From NCBI GenBank assembly GCA_035289485.1, contig DATDXA010000031.1, forward strand, positions 1 through 64,000: DNA of 64,000 nucleotides, written 5' to 3'. How positions within the stretch are numbered: position 1 is the first letter of the stretch; every line of letters begins with the position of its first letter. This document shows positions 9,327-17,864 of this stretch, in pieces. Below the pieces are notes generated by a model. It saw nothing but the letters and a program-made list of their open reading frames with translations, ran no database searches and was not told the origin of the DNA. This DNA is from an archaeon (GTDB lineage Archaea; Iainarchaeota; Iainarchaeia; Iainarchaeales; Iainarchaeaceae). The position numbers were made by a program, and so were the translations under genes.

Positions 9327-10076
9327 CTACATCCTTATAATTTTCTCAAAAAACTGCCCGATAGTGTTTGTAACGCCCTCGTGCTCCCCCGCTCCCGAAC
9401 TCAGAACAATCGCCCCCGCACTGCACGAATTCACCTTAACAAGAAGCGAATGTATAAACTTCTCAACAGAATGCGGGTCCGCATAAATCAGCAGCGTTGA
9501 AACAGAGTCAAGCACAACTATCGGTTTTCTTGCCGCGAACTCCCCAAGCTTTTTCTCAACAGCGATAAGGCACTCTGTGAGATCAAGAGGCGAGCTTAGA
9601 TATGCCACATTCTCGCTTTTTTCGGTTTTCGCGCCGGATTCAACAGAAACCATGTCAATGAAAAAGAGCCCGTCCATTCCCTTCCCGGTTTTCGAAATCT
9701 CCTTTCGAATCGCCGCATACCCAGAATTGAGCCCTATGTAAATTATTCCATTTTTTTGCCAGAATTTTTCTACAACCGTGTTTTTCATTTCAGAATATTC
9801 CGCCGCATTGATTAGCAGCAGAAGCGTGAAGGGATATTCAATTTCCGAGAGCGCATCATTGACCCTGACTTTGTCAGCATTTCCCCTGCTTAGCATTTCC
9901 TCTATCTTCTCGCCGCTCCAGTTGGGGTTCTCCAATCCTTTTGGAAGCGCGCCATCGCGGATTTTTTCAGACTTTTCGGGGAAGGAAGCAGGGATTTTCA
10001 CAGGTTTATTTTTTTCGCCTTTGGCACTGCCAATTTTTTTCGCCGGGCTTCTATTGCCGACTCTTGTTTCGGGCAT
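9327..10076 (-). CDS. Degenerate RecA/KaiC-fold protein (inactive ATPase-like)
   Basis: FFIDMVS and IVVLDSVSTLLIY Walker-B-like segment; no Walker A. Confidence 0.7.
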   Translation of the reverse strand: MPETRVGNRSPAKKIGSAKGEKNKPVKIPASFPEKSEKIRDGALPKGLENPNWSGEKIEEMLSRGNADKVRVNDALSEIEYPFTLLLLINAAEYSEMKNTVVEKFWQKNGIIYIGLNSGYAAIRKEISKTGKGMDGLFFIDMVSVESGAKTEKSENVAYLSSPLDLTECLIAVEKKLGEFAARKPIVVLDSVSTLLIYADPHSVEKFIHSLLVKVNSCSAGAIVLSSGAGEHEGVTNTIGQFFEKIIRM

Positions 10077-10796
10077 TCATCCCACATCCTCAAACAATTC
10101 TGATTTGTCAAGCACTGTAATCCCGCTATCAGTTATCTTTGCAGGGCGCAGCGCCTCTGCAATATCTGTGTTTCTCATTTTGAGCACAGCAATGCTCCTG
10201 ACAAACCTGTTCTTTATCTTGGTGTGGTAGAGAAGTATCACTCCGTCAGCGACATATTCCTCAAGCCCATAAAGAGAAGTTAGCTTATCTAGTGAAATTT
10301 CGTTTGTTATCACAGTTGTCGTACCTATAATCTTTAGCATTTTCCCAAGGGCGACAATTCTCTTCCTCGCATCTAGTTCGCGGTCAAAAAACAGCCTGAA
10401 AATAACTCCCGGGTCTATAACCACCCGCTTTGCACTTATTTTGCGCACATTGTCCTCAATTGCAGCCTTGAGCCGCTCAAAATCATAAAGTTCTATTGTT
10501 ACAATAACCAGCTTTCCATCCTTTACGTGCTTTCGCAGGTCCCAGCCAAATTGTATGGCGCCCTGGTAAATCGTCTCCTCACTTTCCTCAAGTGAAACAT
10601 ACACCGCCGGTTCATCGAATTTGACAATTCCTTCGTGTATGAACTGCCAGCACATGATTGTTTTTCCAGACCCAGGGTCGCCGCTTAGAACAATCAGGTT
10701 ACCTTTGGGAATCCCCCCGCCCATCATGTCATCAAGCCCGGGGACCCCTGTTTTTACCCTGTCAATTACAACTGCGCCCTCTTTTTTCGATGCCAT
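10077..10796 (-). CDS. Single-domain KaiC/RAD55-family ATPase
   Basis: TGVPGLD, GDPGSGKT, YVSLEE, EYVADGVI and VLKMR motifs. Confidence 0.92.
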   Translation of the reverse strand: MASKKEGAVVIDRVKTGVPGLDDMMGGGIPKGNLIVLSGDPGSGKTIMCWQFIHEGIVKFDEPAVYVSLEESEETIYQGAIQFGWDLRKHVKDGKLVIVTIELYDFERLKAAIEDNVRKISAKRVVIDPGVIFRLFFDRELDARKRIVALGKMLKIIGTTTVITNEISLDKLTSLYGLEEYVADGVILLYHTKIKNRFVRSIAVLKMRNTDIAEALRPAKITDSGITVLDKSELFEDVG

Positions 10797-10799
10797 TTT

Positions 10800-11477
10800 T
10801 TAGTGCCCCGAGAGTTTCTTTTTTGCCTTTGCTTTGTCAGGCGCGCTTGGCGCCTTCTTCTTTTTCTCCTCTATAACTTCCTTCTCAAGCTCATCTATCT
10901 TTTCTTCAAGATGCGCAATCTTTTCAATTATAATCCTCTCGCCTTCGGGAATCTGCATCCCGCTCACATCGCCCTCATTTTTGCCCTGTGAAAGCTTTGC
11001 CAGCCTTGGGTTTTGCGTCTCCTGCTTTGTGCTCCCTATTTTTGATTCCACGATTATTTCTTTTATCCCTTCTTTGCCCCCCCGCCGCAGCTGCGGGATG
11101 AATTCCTCGCCATTGCCCTTTGAAATGAAGTGCTTTGGGAATTCATCTTCAGGCATTTTTTCCTGTGGCGCCTCCTGCGATTTGGATGAGACGTGTTTTA
11201 ACTTTTCTTCCTCAATCCTTTTGTCAATAGATTCTTTCCACGCGCTCTTGTCAGGCCCGAGCGCGATTTCGCGCGGCGAGATTTTTGGCAGAGTGGGCGC
11301 CTGTCCTTCCTTAATTTCCCTAATTAGTAAAGATGCATCATCTTCTGTTACCCCGAGTTCAGAGAGGCTTGCAATAATATCGGCATCGGACGCTTTTGCC
11401 GCCAGCAGCTTTTTTGTAGCCCCCAAAAGCGCAGCCCTTCTTTTTTCATCCATCCAAAAAACACCTGTTTGTGCCAT
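10800..11477 (-). CDS. Hypothetical protein (N-terminal helical domain, charged tail)
   Basis: 225-aa ORF ending 3 nt upstream of the KaiC-like gene. Confidence 0.65.
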   Translation of the reverse strand: MAQTGVFWMDEKRRAALLGATKKLLAAKASDADIIASLSELGVTEDDASLLIREIKEGQAPTLPKISPREIALGPDKSAWKESIDKRIEEEKLKHVSSKSQEAPQEKMPEDEFPKHFISKGNGEEFIPQLRRGGKEGIKEIIVESKIGSTKQETQNPRLAKLSQGKNEGDVSGMQIPEGERIIIEKIAHLEEKIDELEKEVIEEKKKKAPSAPDKAKAKKKLSGH

Positions 11478-11562
11478 TTATTCTACGCCGAGGTATAATA
11501 ATAATCCGGCTCCTCGGGCAAAGCAGCACTTAGGGGCACTCTTGCCATGCCAAAAAACCAAT

Positions 11563-12939
11563 TTAGCCCAAATCCATTTTTATGCCGGAAAAGGACGCTA
11601 TTTCAGAAAGGAACCTCTCCTTTATTTGCCCAAGATCCGCATCCGTTTTCCCCTCGAACCTCAATATCAATTTCGGCTGCGTGTTCGATGCGCGCAAAAG
11701 CGCCCACCCGTTTTCAAATATCACGCGCACGCCATCAACATCAATGACACTGTATTTTTCGCCAAAGTATTTGCGCGCCTTTTCAATGAATGCGAACTTT
11801 TCAGAGTCCGCAAAATCCACGCGGTACTCAGGCGAGGATGCGTACTCTGGCATCTGCGCTGCAAGCTCTCCAACGCTTTTCCCAGAATTCGAAACAATCT
11901 CAATTATTTTTGCGGCGGCGAGGATTGCATCATCAAACCCGTACCATTTTTCCGTAAAGAACATGTGCCCAGACATCTCGCCAGCAAGTGCTGCTTTCTC
12001 CTCCTTCATTTTCGCTTTTATGAGGCTGTGCCCTGTTTTCCACATCATGGGCTTTCCGCCCTTTAGTTCAATCCACTCCGAGAGCCCCTGCGAGCATTTC
12101 ACTTCAAAAATTATTTTCGCGCCCCTCTGCCTCTTCAAGAGGTCCGCAGCGTAGAGCCCGAGCAATTTGTCCCCATAAATCTGGTTTCCTTTTTCATCGA
12201 GCACACCAATCCTGTCCGCGTCCCCGTCAAATGCAATCCCCATATCCGCCTTCTGCGAAAGCACCTTCTTTCTCAAATCAAGGATGTTCTTCTCCTCAGT
12301 CGGGTCCGGAAGGTGGTTTGGGTAAGATGGTATTTTTTTGCAGTAGAGACACGTTAGCTTCTTGCTCATGCCCCTGAGGAGCTTGGGTGCGAGTTCTGAG
12401 GCCATGCCGTTTCCCGAATCAATCACAATATTGAGTTTTCTTCCAATCTTAACCATTGATTTAATTTCCGCAAGGTACTGCGCGTCCATTTTCTTTTTCT
12501 TCATTTTTCCGCTCTTTCCATTTTGCGCAGTTGCAAATTTTCCTGATTCTGCAATTTTCCTAATTTCCTGTATCGCATCCCCATAAATCGCATCCTTTCC
12601 AACCATCGCCTTAAAGCCGTTGAACTCTGGCGGGTTGTGCGAAGCGGTTATGCTAACTCCTCCATCCGCATCCAGTTTGTACACCGAATAGTAGAGCAGG
12701 GGCGTTGGGATTTCGCCGATGAAAATCACATTTGTTCCAGTGCTCAAAAGCCCTTTGAGGAAATATTTGAGAATGCGCGGGCCGCTTTTGCGGTTATCCC
12801 TTCCTACAACAACATTTTTTCCGCCCTTGTTATGTATAATAGTTCCGTATGCTTTGCCTATCAGTTCGGCTGTTTCACTGTCCAAATCCCGCTCCGCAAT
12901 GCCGCGGATATCATATTCGCGGAAGATTTCAGGGTTCAT
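11563..12939 (-). CDS. Phosphomannomutase/phosphoglucomutase
   Basis: IFREYDIRG, TASHNP, FDGDADR, GEMSGH and RASNTQP motifs; start at MNPEIF. Confidence 0.95.
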   Translation of the reverse strand: MNPEIFREYDIRGIAERDLDSETAELIGKAYGTIIHNKGGKNVVVGRDNRKSGPRILKYFLKGLLSTGTNVIFIGEIPTPLLYYSVYKLDADGGVSITASHNPPEFNGFKAMVGKDAIYGDAIQEIRKIAESGKFATAQNGKSGKMKKKKMDAQYLAEIKSMVKIGRKLNIVIDSGNGMASELAPKLLRGMSKKLTCLYCKKIPSYPNHLPDPTEEKNILDLRKKVLSQKADMGIAFDGDADRIGVLDEKGNQIYGDKLLGLYAADLLKRQRGAKIIFEVKCSQGLSEWIELKGGKPMMWKTGHSLIKAKMKEEKAALAGEMSGHMFFTEKWYGFDDAILAAAKIIEIVSNSGKSVGELAAQMPEYASSPEYRVDFADSEKFAFIEKARKYFGEKYSVIDVDGVRVIFENGWALLRASNTQPKLILRFEGKTDADLGQIKERFLSEIASFSGIKMDLG

Positions 12940-13003
12940 CAGAAACACAAAAGCGCGGAATGCTTTAAAACCGAAGGCACGCTTGCCATCACATTGCATT
13001 TCT

Positions 13004-13411
13004 TCACTGAATATATTCTACGTTCTTAAGTTTTTTGAAATGGTAGTCTCCTGTCACCACAACGGCGTTTGCAGACCTTGCAGTAGCAAGCACTATGGCA
13101 TCCGCGAGACCGAAATTGGTTTTGTATTCTTTTCTGACTGCCTGTTTCAATTTTCCGGCAGCCCTAGCAACATCCCTGTTCAGTTCCATTACGGTTGAAT
13201 TCGTTTCAATGAATTCCATGTCCGAATCAAAATATTTGTAGTTTTCTTTGCTGTACTTGTCGGCGATTTCGGCTATGACTATTGTCGGGGTTATACAATT
13301 TTTGCCTTCAATCTTTTCCCTGATTTTTTCCCCGATTTTTGTGCCCCTGAAATATTCTATCCATGCGTGGGTGTCAAGCACGTATCTAGATGTCCCGGAA
13401 GTCATCTTCAT
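13004..13411 (-). CDS. vapC: PIN-domain VapC toxin
   Basis: VLDTHAWIEY, GLADAIV and TGDYHF motifs. Confidence 0.9.
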   Translation of the reverse strand: MKMTSGTSRYVLDTHAWIEYFRGTKIGEKIREKIEGKNCITPTIVIAEIADKYSKENYKYFDSDMEFIETNSTVMELNRDVARAAGKLKQAVRKEYKTNFGLADAIVLATARSANAVVVTGDYHFKKLKNVEYIQ

Positions 13412-13586
13412 CCCTCTTGAAAGGCTTGAGTTCTGGGTGCGCTCCAAAAAGGCTTTTTGGCACCCGCACTTCCTTGCTTGCCATTTTCCTTATCGCCTTG
13501 TCATAAGATTTCACGCCGTATTTCCTCTTCACTTTGTCCAGAATCGTCACAGTGGATTTCTCAACCTGTATTGTAGTAGTGTTTAT
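13386..13586 (-). CDS. VapB-like ribbon-helix-helix antitoxin, 66 aa, apparent ATA start (absent from ORF track)
   Basis: INTTTIQVEKSTVTILDKVKRKYGVKSYDKAIRKM...DDFRDI*; GGTGA upstream; overlaps vapC; similar to the 57641 antitoxin. Confidence 0.75.
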   Translation of the reverse strand: MNTTTIQVEKSTVTILDKVKRKYGVKSYDKAIRKMASKEVRVPKSLFGAHPELKPFKRDEDDFRDI

Positions 13587-13603
13587 GCAATCACCTATAT
13601 ACT

Positions 13604-13617
13604 ATAGCTATAGCTAT
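13604..13617. promoter_or_regulatory. Palindrome ATAGCTATAGCTAT, likely TA operator
   Basis: Perfect 14-bp palindrome just upstream of the antitoxin. Confidence 0.55.
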
Positions 13618-13687
13618 TTTTAACTGTTTGCGCATTCCAAGCGCCCAAACGACATTTACGGACACGCATTTATAAAGAAAATCAGAC

Positions 13688-13704
13688 TTCGGTGCCGGTG
13701 CGGG
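13688..13704 (+). repeat. Intergenic motif TTCGGTGCCGGTGCGGG, copy 2
   Basis: Shared core with the other three copies. Confidence 0.75.
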
Positions 13705-13734
13705 ATTTATTCACGTTGCTTCCAATATTTTCCT

Positions 13735-14313
13735 ATGTTAATCGCAGTTACAGGCAGTTTCGCTTCCGGCAAGACAACGTTCTGCCGCCTTCTTGAAAAG
13801 GATGGCTCCAAAGTTTTTTACGCGGACGAATTCGTCTCGCGCCTCTACACCAAAGGAAAAATACTTTCAAAAGTGAGGGAAACCTTTGGCAGCGGTGTTT
13901 TCAGTAATGGAACAATCGATAAAAGAGCGCTCGCGCAAAAAGCATTCTCATCAAAATCCGCGCTTGAAAAGCTAAATTCCATAATCCATCCGCATGTGCG
14001 CAAGGCGCTAAAAGAAATCCGCCATGAGGGCAAAATAGTTTTCGCAGAGGTTCCTGTGCTATTCGAATCCGGAATGGATTCGCTTTTTGATGAAATAATC
14101 CTTCTAAAATGCCAAGAAAATGTTGCAATTGCACGGGCTCTAAAAAGCGGCTTTCCGCGCGAAGAATTCCTCGCGCGCTGCGCATTCCAGCTCCATGCAC
14201 ATGGAAAGGAAAAGAAAGCCGACTTTGTTGTGGATTCAGATTGCCCCATTTCCGCTCTGCGCAGCAAGGCGCAAAGCATTTCAAGAGAACTTACCAAAAT
14301 TCTACTTAAGTGA
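13735..14313 (+). CDS. coaE: Dephospho-CoA kinase, bacterial type
   Basis: IAVTGSFASGKT, IDKRALA, LNSIIHP and EVPVLFE motifs. Confidence 0.92.
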   Translation: MLIAVTGSFASGKTTFCRLLEKDGSKVFYADEFVSRLYTKGKILSKVRETFGSGVFSNGTIDKRALAQKAFSSKSALEKLNSIIHPHVRKALKEIRHEGKIVFAEVPVLFESGMDSLFDEIILLKCQENVAIARALKSGFPREEFLARCAFQLHAHGKEKKADFVVDSDCPISALRSKAQSISRELTKILLK

Positions 14314-14317
14314 TTTG

Positions 14318-14791
14318 ATGAAAGCCGTATACCCAGGAACATTCGACCCGCTCACTAACGGTCATCTTGATGTGATAAAGCGCGGCCTGCACCTATTTGA
14401 CACACTCGTGGTCGCGGTTGCAGAGAATCCCAAAAAAGCGCCGCTTTTCAGCGCAGATGAACGAGTTGAGATGATAAAAGAGTGCACAAAGGGCATGAAG
14501 AGCATTGAAGTGAAAAAATTCAGCTCTCTTCTTGTGGATTTTGTAAAAAAGGAAAAAGCCGGAGTTGTTTTGCGCGGCCTGCGCGAAACCTCGGATTTTC
14601 CGCAAGAGTTCCAGCTAGCGGTAGTGAACCGCCTGCTTGAGAGCAGCATCGAAACAGTGTTTGTAATGACAAACCCCGAGCATTTCTATATCACTTCAAG
14701 CATTGTAAAAGAGCTTGCAGAGCATGGCGGAGATATCAAGGCTTTTGCCCCTGCTGCAGTTGAGAAGCGCCTTCGCCTCAAATTCGGCTAA
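14318..14791 (+). CDS. coaD: Phosphopantetheine adenylyltransferase, bacterial type
   Basis: YPGTFDPLTNGHLD, LRGLR and ITSSIVKE motifs. Confidence 0.95.
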   Translation: MKAVYPGTFDPLTNGHLDVIKRGLHLFDTLVVAVAENPKKAPLFSADERVEMIKECTKGMKSIEVKKFSSLLVDFVKKEKAGVVLRGLRETSDFPQEFQLAVVNRLLESSIETVFVMTNPEHFYITSSIVKELAEHGGDIKAFAPAAVEKRLRLKFG

Positions 14792-14934
14792 AAAGCGCTT
14801 GTTTCGCGTTTATTGCCGATTTTTGCGGTGTTTGGGCTGTAAATCAAAAACGTTTATATACTACTGGATTCTATTATATTGAGACTTTTCCCGTTCTTAA
14901 CGGCACGGGATTAGGGTTTTTCGACAAAGGGAGG

Positions 14935-15408
14935 ATGATAGAAGTGTTTTTAAAAAATAGTAAGAAAGGTCAATCGGCGCTAGAGTATCTGATGACCTAC
15001 GGCTGGGCGCTTGTCGTCATAGTCATAGTCATTGCAGCGCTTGTGTTCCTAATACAGCCTTCACAGGTTGGAGGAAATACATGCTCTACAACATCAGGAA
15101 TACTCATAACGAACCATCAGGTGGCAGCAGGCACTCCAGGGGTAATTACCTTGGCTCTGTCAAACCAGACGGCATCAAAACTGACAAATGTTGGCGTTGA
15201 TGTGAATGGAACGTTGGGTGGCTCAGCAGTCGCTACAACAGCAACACCTATCGCAACATTAGAAACAATTGCGCAGTCAGTTCCAATCAATTTGGGGCCG
15301 ACAGCAACCTATAACGCAGGCACATACTCTCTGCAGGTCAAATTCACCTACAACGACAGGGATGGGTTTGCAAGAACAGTAGTATCAACCTGTAACGGAA
15401 CAGCGTAA
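14935..15408 (+). CDS. Archaeal type IV pilin (class III signal peptide), probable major pilin
   Basis: KKG/QSALEYLMTYGWALVVIVIVIAAL; monocistronic with a downstream hairpin. Confidence 0.88.
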   Translation: MIEVFLKNSKKGQSALEYLMTYGWALVVIVIVIAALVFLIQPSQVGGNTCSTTSGILITNHQVAAGTPGVITLALSNQTASKLTNVGVDVNGTLGGSAVATTATPIATLETIAQSVPINLGPTATYNAGTYSLQVKFTYNDRDGFARTVVSTCNGTA

Positions 15409-15421
15409 ACACCATAATTAT

Positions 15422-15465
15422 TTTGAGCCCGCGGTTAATCCCGCTGGCTCAAACCTATTTTTTTA
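15422..15465 (+). terminator. Hairpin plus T-tract after the pilin gene
   Basis: TTTGAGCC...GGCTCAAA stem followed by a T run. Confidence 0.55.
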
Positions 15466-15487
15466 TCCTAAAATTTGAAAATCAGTT

Positions 15488-15973
15488 TCACTGGTTTCTG
15501 ATATGCTGTTCCATGTAGCGGTATGCCCCGTTCATGAATTCCAGATAATCCTGGAAAACCATATTTAGTGCTGCCTTATCTGCTGAATTTGGCTGTCGGC
15601 TTATAGTTGCCTGGCTAAAAAATTTATCTTTCAGCCCGCGCATATTCAAATGCCCCTCTTTGTGCCTGAGAAATTCCTTTCCAAGCGCCGCAAAAAATTG
15701 CCCATTAAACTGTTCTTTCAATTCGTGGGGAATTTTTCCGCCAACTTTAAAGTCCCTGAATATTTCACGGGGCGCAAGCGCCGAAATTCCCATGGCGATT
15801 ATGGCTCTGCGCCCGAATGCAACATCGCGGTTCACAAACTCATTATGCACAACAGGTTTTCCCTTGCGGGCTCTTCTAAGTCCTTGTTCATCCCTTGCAG
15901 TCGTTTCCACATCCTTGTTCAGGATGCGGAATATTTCCTTGTGGTACCATGGCGGCTTTGGCATATAAGGCAA
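15488..15973 (-). CDS. Hypothetical basic orphan protein
   Basis: 161-aa ORF directly after the platform genes; no motif recognised. Confidence 0.55.
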   Translation of the reverse strand: MPYMPKPPWYHKEIFRILNKDVETTARDEQGLRRARKGKPVVHNEFVNRDVAFGRRAIIAMGISALAPREIFRDFKVGGKIPHELKEQFNGQFFAALGKEFLRHKEGHLNMRGLKDKFFSQATISRQPNSADKAALNMVFQDYLEFMNGAYRYMEQHIRNQ

Positions 15974-15978
15974 CCCAC

Positions 15979-16977
15979 CTAAAGAAGGTTCCCGAAGAAG
16001 AGGGTCAGCGCAAACCTTATCGAAAAGAACGAAATGAACGCAATTAACAGCAACGGTATGATGTATTTCACGCCGTTTATCTCCTTGCCCGTAGTTATTA
16101 CCCCAATCGTTAAGCAGGAAAATATGGTTGTAACAAAGAGCGCGGCCATTGAAAAGGTCATTATGAACGCTGGCGTTATTGCGCCCTTCTGGCCGCTTGC
16201 AAACGCCTTAATTGGCCCAAGGTTCGCGCCTGCCGGCATGCTCTTTGCATCAATCACCGGCGTTTCCGCAAGCTGCTTTGAGAGCACCTGCACAATGAAC
16301 GAGCTTATTCCAAAGAGTATGGGCGCCCCAAAAACCGCGGAGAAGAATATTAGCAGTATGTAAATCGATATGTTAGAGCGGGTTTCCTCCTCAATTGCCT
16401 GCTGCTCTTTCAAATCATCCGCGAGCTGGAACAAAAGGTCGGCAATCTGCCCCCCGCTTTTTATCCCGCGCGAAATAAGCCAGAGTGTTTTTGAGAGCAC
16501 GGGGGAATTTATCCCATCCCCAATGCCGCGCAGTGCGACATCTATTTTTTCGCCTGAGGATATTCTCTTGCTAGCATTGCGCAGCTCATATTGCAAAACC
16601 CCGAACTCCTGCCTTCCTGCAACAAAGAGCGATCTTTCTGTAGTGAGCCCGCTTTTCATGTTAGATGCGATGAGCTGCAGCGCATCTGGAAGTATGTTCT
16701 CAACATATTTTCCCTTTGATTCAGAGCTGAGGCGGAGCAGGAGGTATGTAGTGAACACCGTCCCAAAAAAACCGCCAATAAACCCGATTGCAGGGTGCGC
16801 AATTTCAAAAAGCAATGATGCAACTGAGACAATGGCGCCAACCCCAATTGCCATCACCACAAGAAACCCGATGAATTTTCTCTCATCGATGCGCACATGG
16901 TTGTACTTGAGTTCGGTTGCAAATGTTTCCAAAATCCCGTGCGGGATGAATGCAGAGAGCCGTGCATACATTTTCAA
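15979..16977 (-). CDS. Type IV pilus platform protein (T2SS F/TadC family)
   Basis: LPDALQLIASNMKSG, GGQIADLL; multiple TMs. Confidence 0.9.
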   Translation of the reverse strand: MKMYARLSAFIPHGILETFATELKYNHVRIDERKFIGFLVVMAIGVGAIVSVASLLFEIAHPAIGFIGGFFGTVFTTYLLLRLSSESKGKYVENILPDALQLIASNMKSGLTTERSLFVAGRQEFGVLQYELRNASKRISSGEKIDVALRGIGDGINSPVLSKTLWLISRGIKSGGQIADLLFQLADDLKEQQAIEEETRSNISIYILLIFFSAVFGAPILFGISSFIVQVLSKQLAETPVIDAKSMPAGANLGPIKAFASGQKGAITPAFIMTFSMAALFVTTIFSCLTIGVITTGKEINGVKYIIPLLLIAFISFFSIRFALTLFFGNLL

Positions 16978-17864
16978 TCACCCAGCAAAGTCGGCCTTGA
17001 GGACTTTATTATTCCAAGATACATAAATTGGCCAACAATAATGAACCCGAGCATTCCCCAAAAAACCCACTCCGTTATTGCAATCTGAGGGAAAGTCGAA
17101 AGTATTATTAGAAATGTAAGCCCAAGCGCAGGTATAATCGCCCCGAGCATCATGTAAAGGAGCGAGAGAAGCTTTAGCGAATTTCCGTATTTCCTTACCT
17201 GGTTGCCTTTTTCCTTTGTGAGCGTGTTCACAAGCGCCGTCATTATCATGCTCACATCCGAACCTGCCTTGAGGCCGTTTACAAGCTGCCATATAGCCCT
17301 TCTAAAATGCAGTGAAGGGTTGCGCTCTGCAAGCTCTTCAAGCGCGGTTATCTGGAAAGAGCCGGTCTGCATGCTCTCAACCGATTTCTTGAACTCCTTG
17401 CTGACCTGCCCATTGTCGCCTTCAGCTACAATGTTGATAGCGTCAAAGAGAGTTACTCCCGATTTTATTTCAACCAAAATGGTCCTTAGCGCAAATACCA
17501 AATTCCTCTCAAGGTCTCGCACCTTCTTTTTGATTAAAATTGTGGGATACACTGCTGCCTGCACCACAACAAGAAGCGCCGCAACAAGCCCAGCTAGCAG
17601 CGCCGCAGGAATTGCCATTGCAGGCGCGAGTTTTGTTGCAAAAATAAACGCAACAAGCGCTCCAAGGGCAAAATACATTATAAACATCACTGCCATGATG
17701 CCGCCATACTCTTCAGCAGTTGCCTGTATCTCCGCATGCCGCAGGCTTTCTCCAAGGTTCGGAATAGCTTTTCCGAACATGCTTCCCGTTCCGCGGATTT
17801 TGCGCGAAAGCGCCAACATGGCATCGGGAGGCAGCGGTGAAAACGGAACCTTGATTTTGCTCAT
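16974..17864 (-). CDS. Type IV pilus platform protein (T2SS F/TadB-TadC family)
   Basis: IKSGVTLFDAI, GQVSKEF; multiple TMs; overlaps both neighbours. Confidence 0.9.
   Translation of the reverse strand: MSKIKVPFSPLPPDAMLALSRKIRGTGSMFGKAIPNLGESLRHAEIQATAEEYGGIMAVMFIMYFALGALVAFIFATKLAPAMAIPAALLAGLVAALLVVVQAAVYPTILIKKKVRDLERNLVFALRTILVEIKSGVTLFDAINIVAEGDNGQVSKEFKKSVESMQTGSFQITALEELAERNPSLHFRRAIWQLVNGLKAGSDVSMIMTALVNTLTKEKGNQVRKYGNSLKLLSLLYMMLGAIIPALGLTFLIILSTFPQIAITEWVFWGMLGFIIVGQFMYLGIIKSSRPTLLGD

Noticed and set aside
10077..10796. Circadian clock KaiC
   Set aside because: Single domain and no KaiA or KaiB nearby
10834..12066. 410-aa plus-strand ORF, and similar long antisense ORFs such as 32836..33828 and 17203..18036
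   Set aside because: Antisense shadows of well-supported genes; Ser/Phe-rich with no motifs
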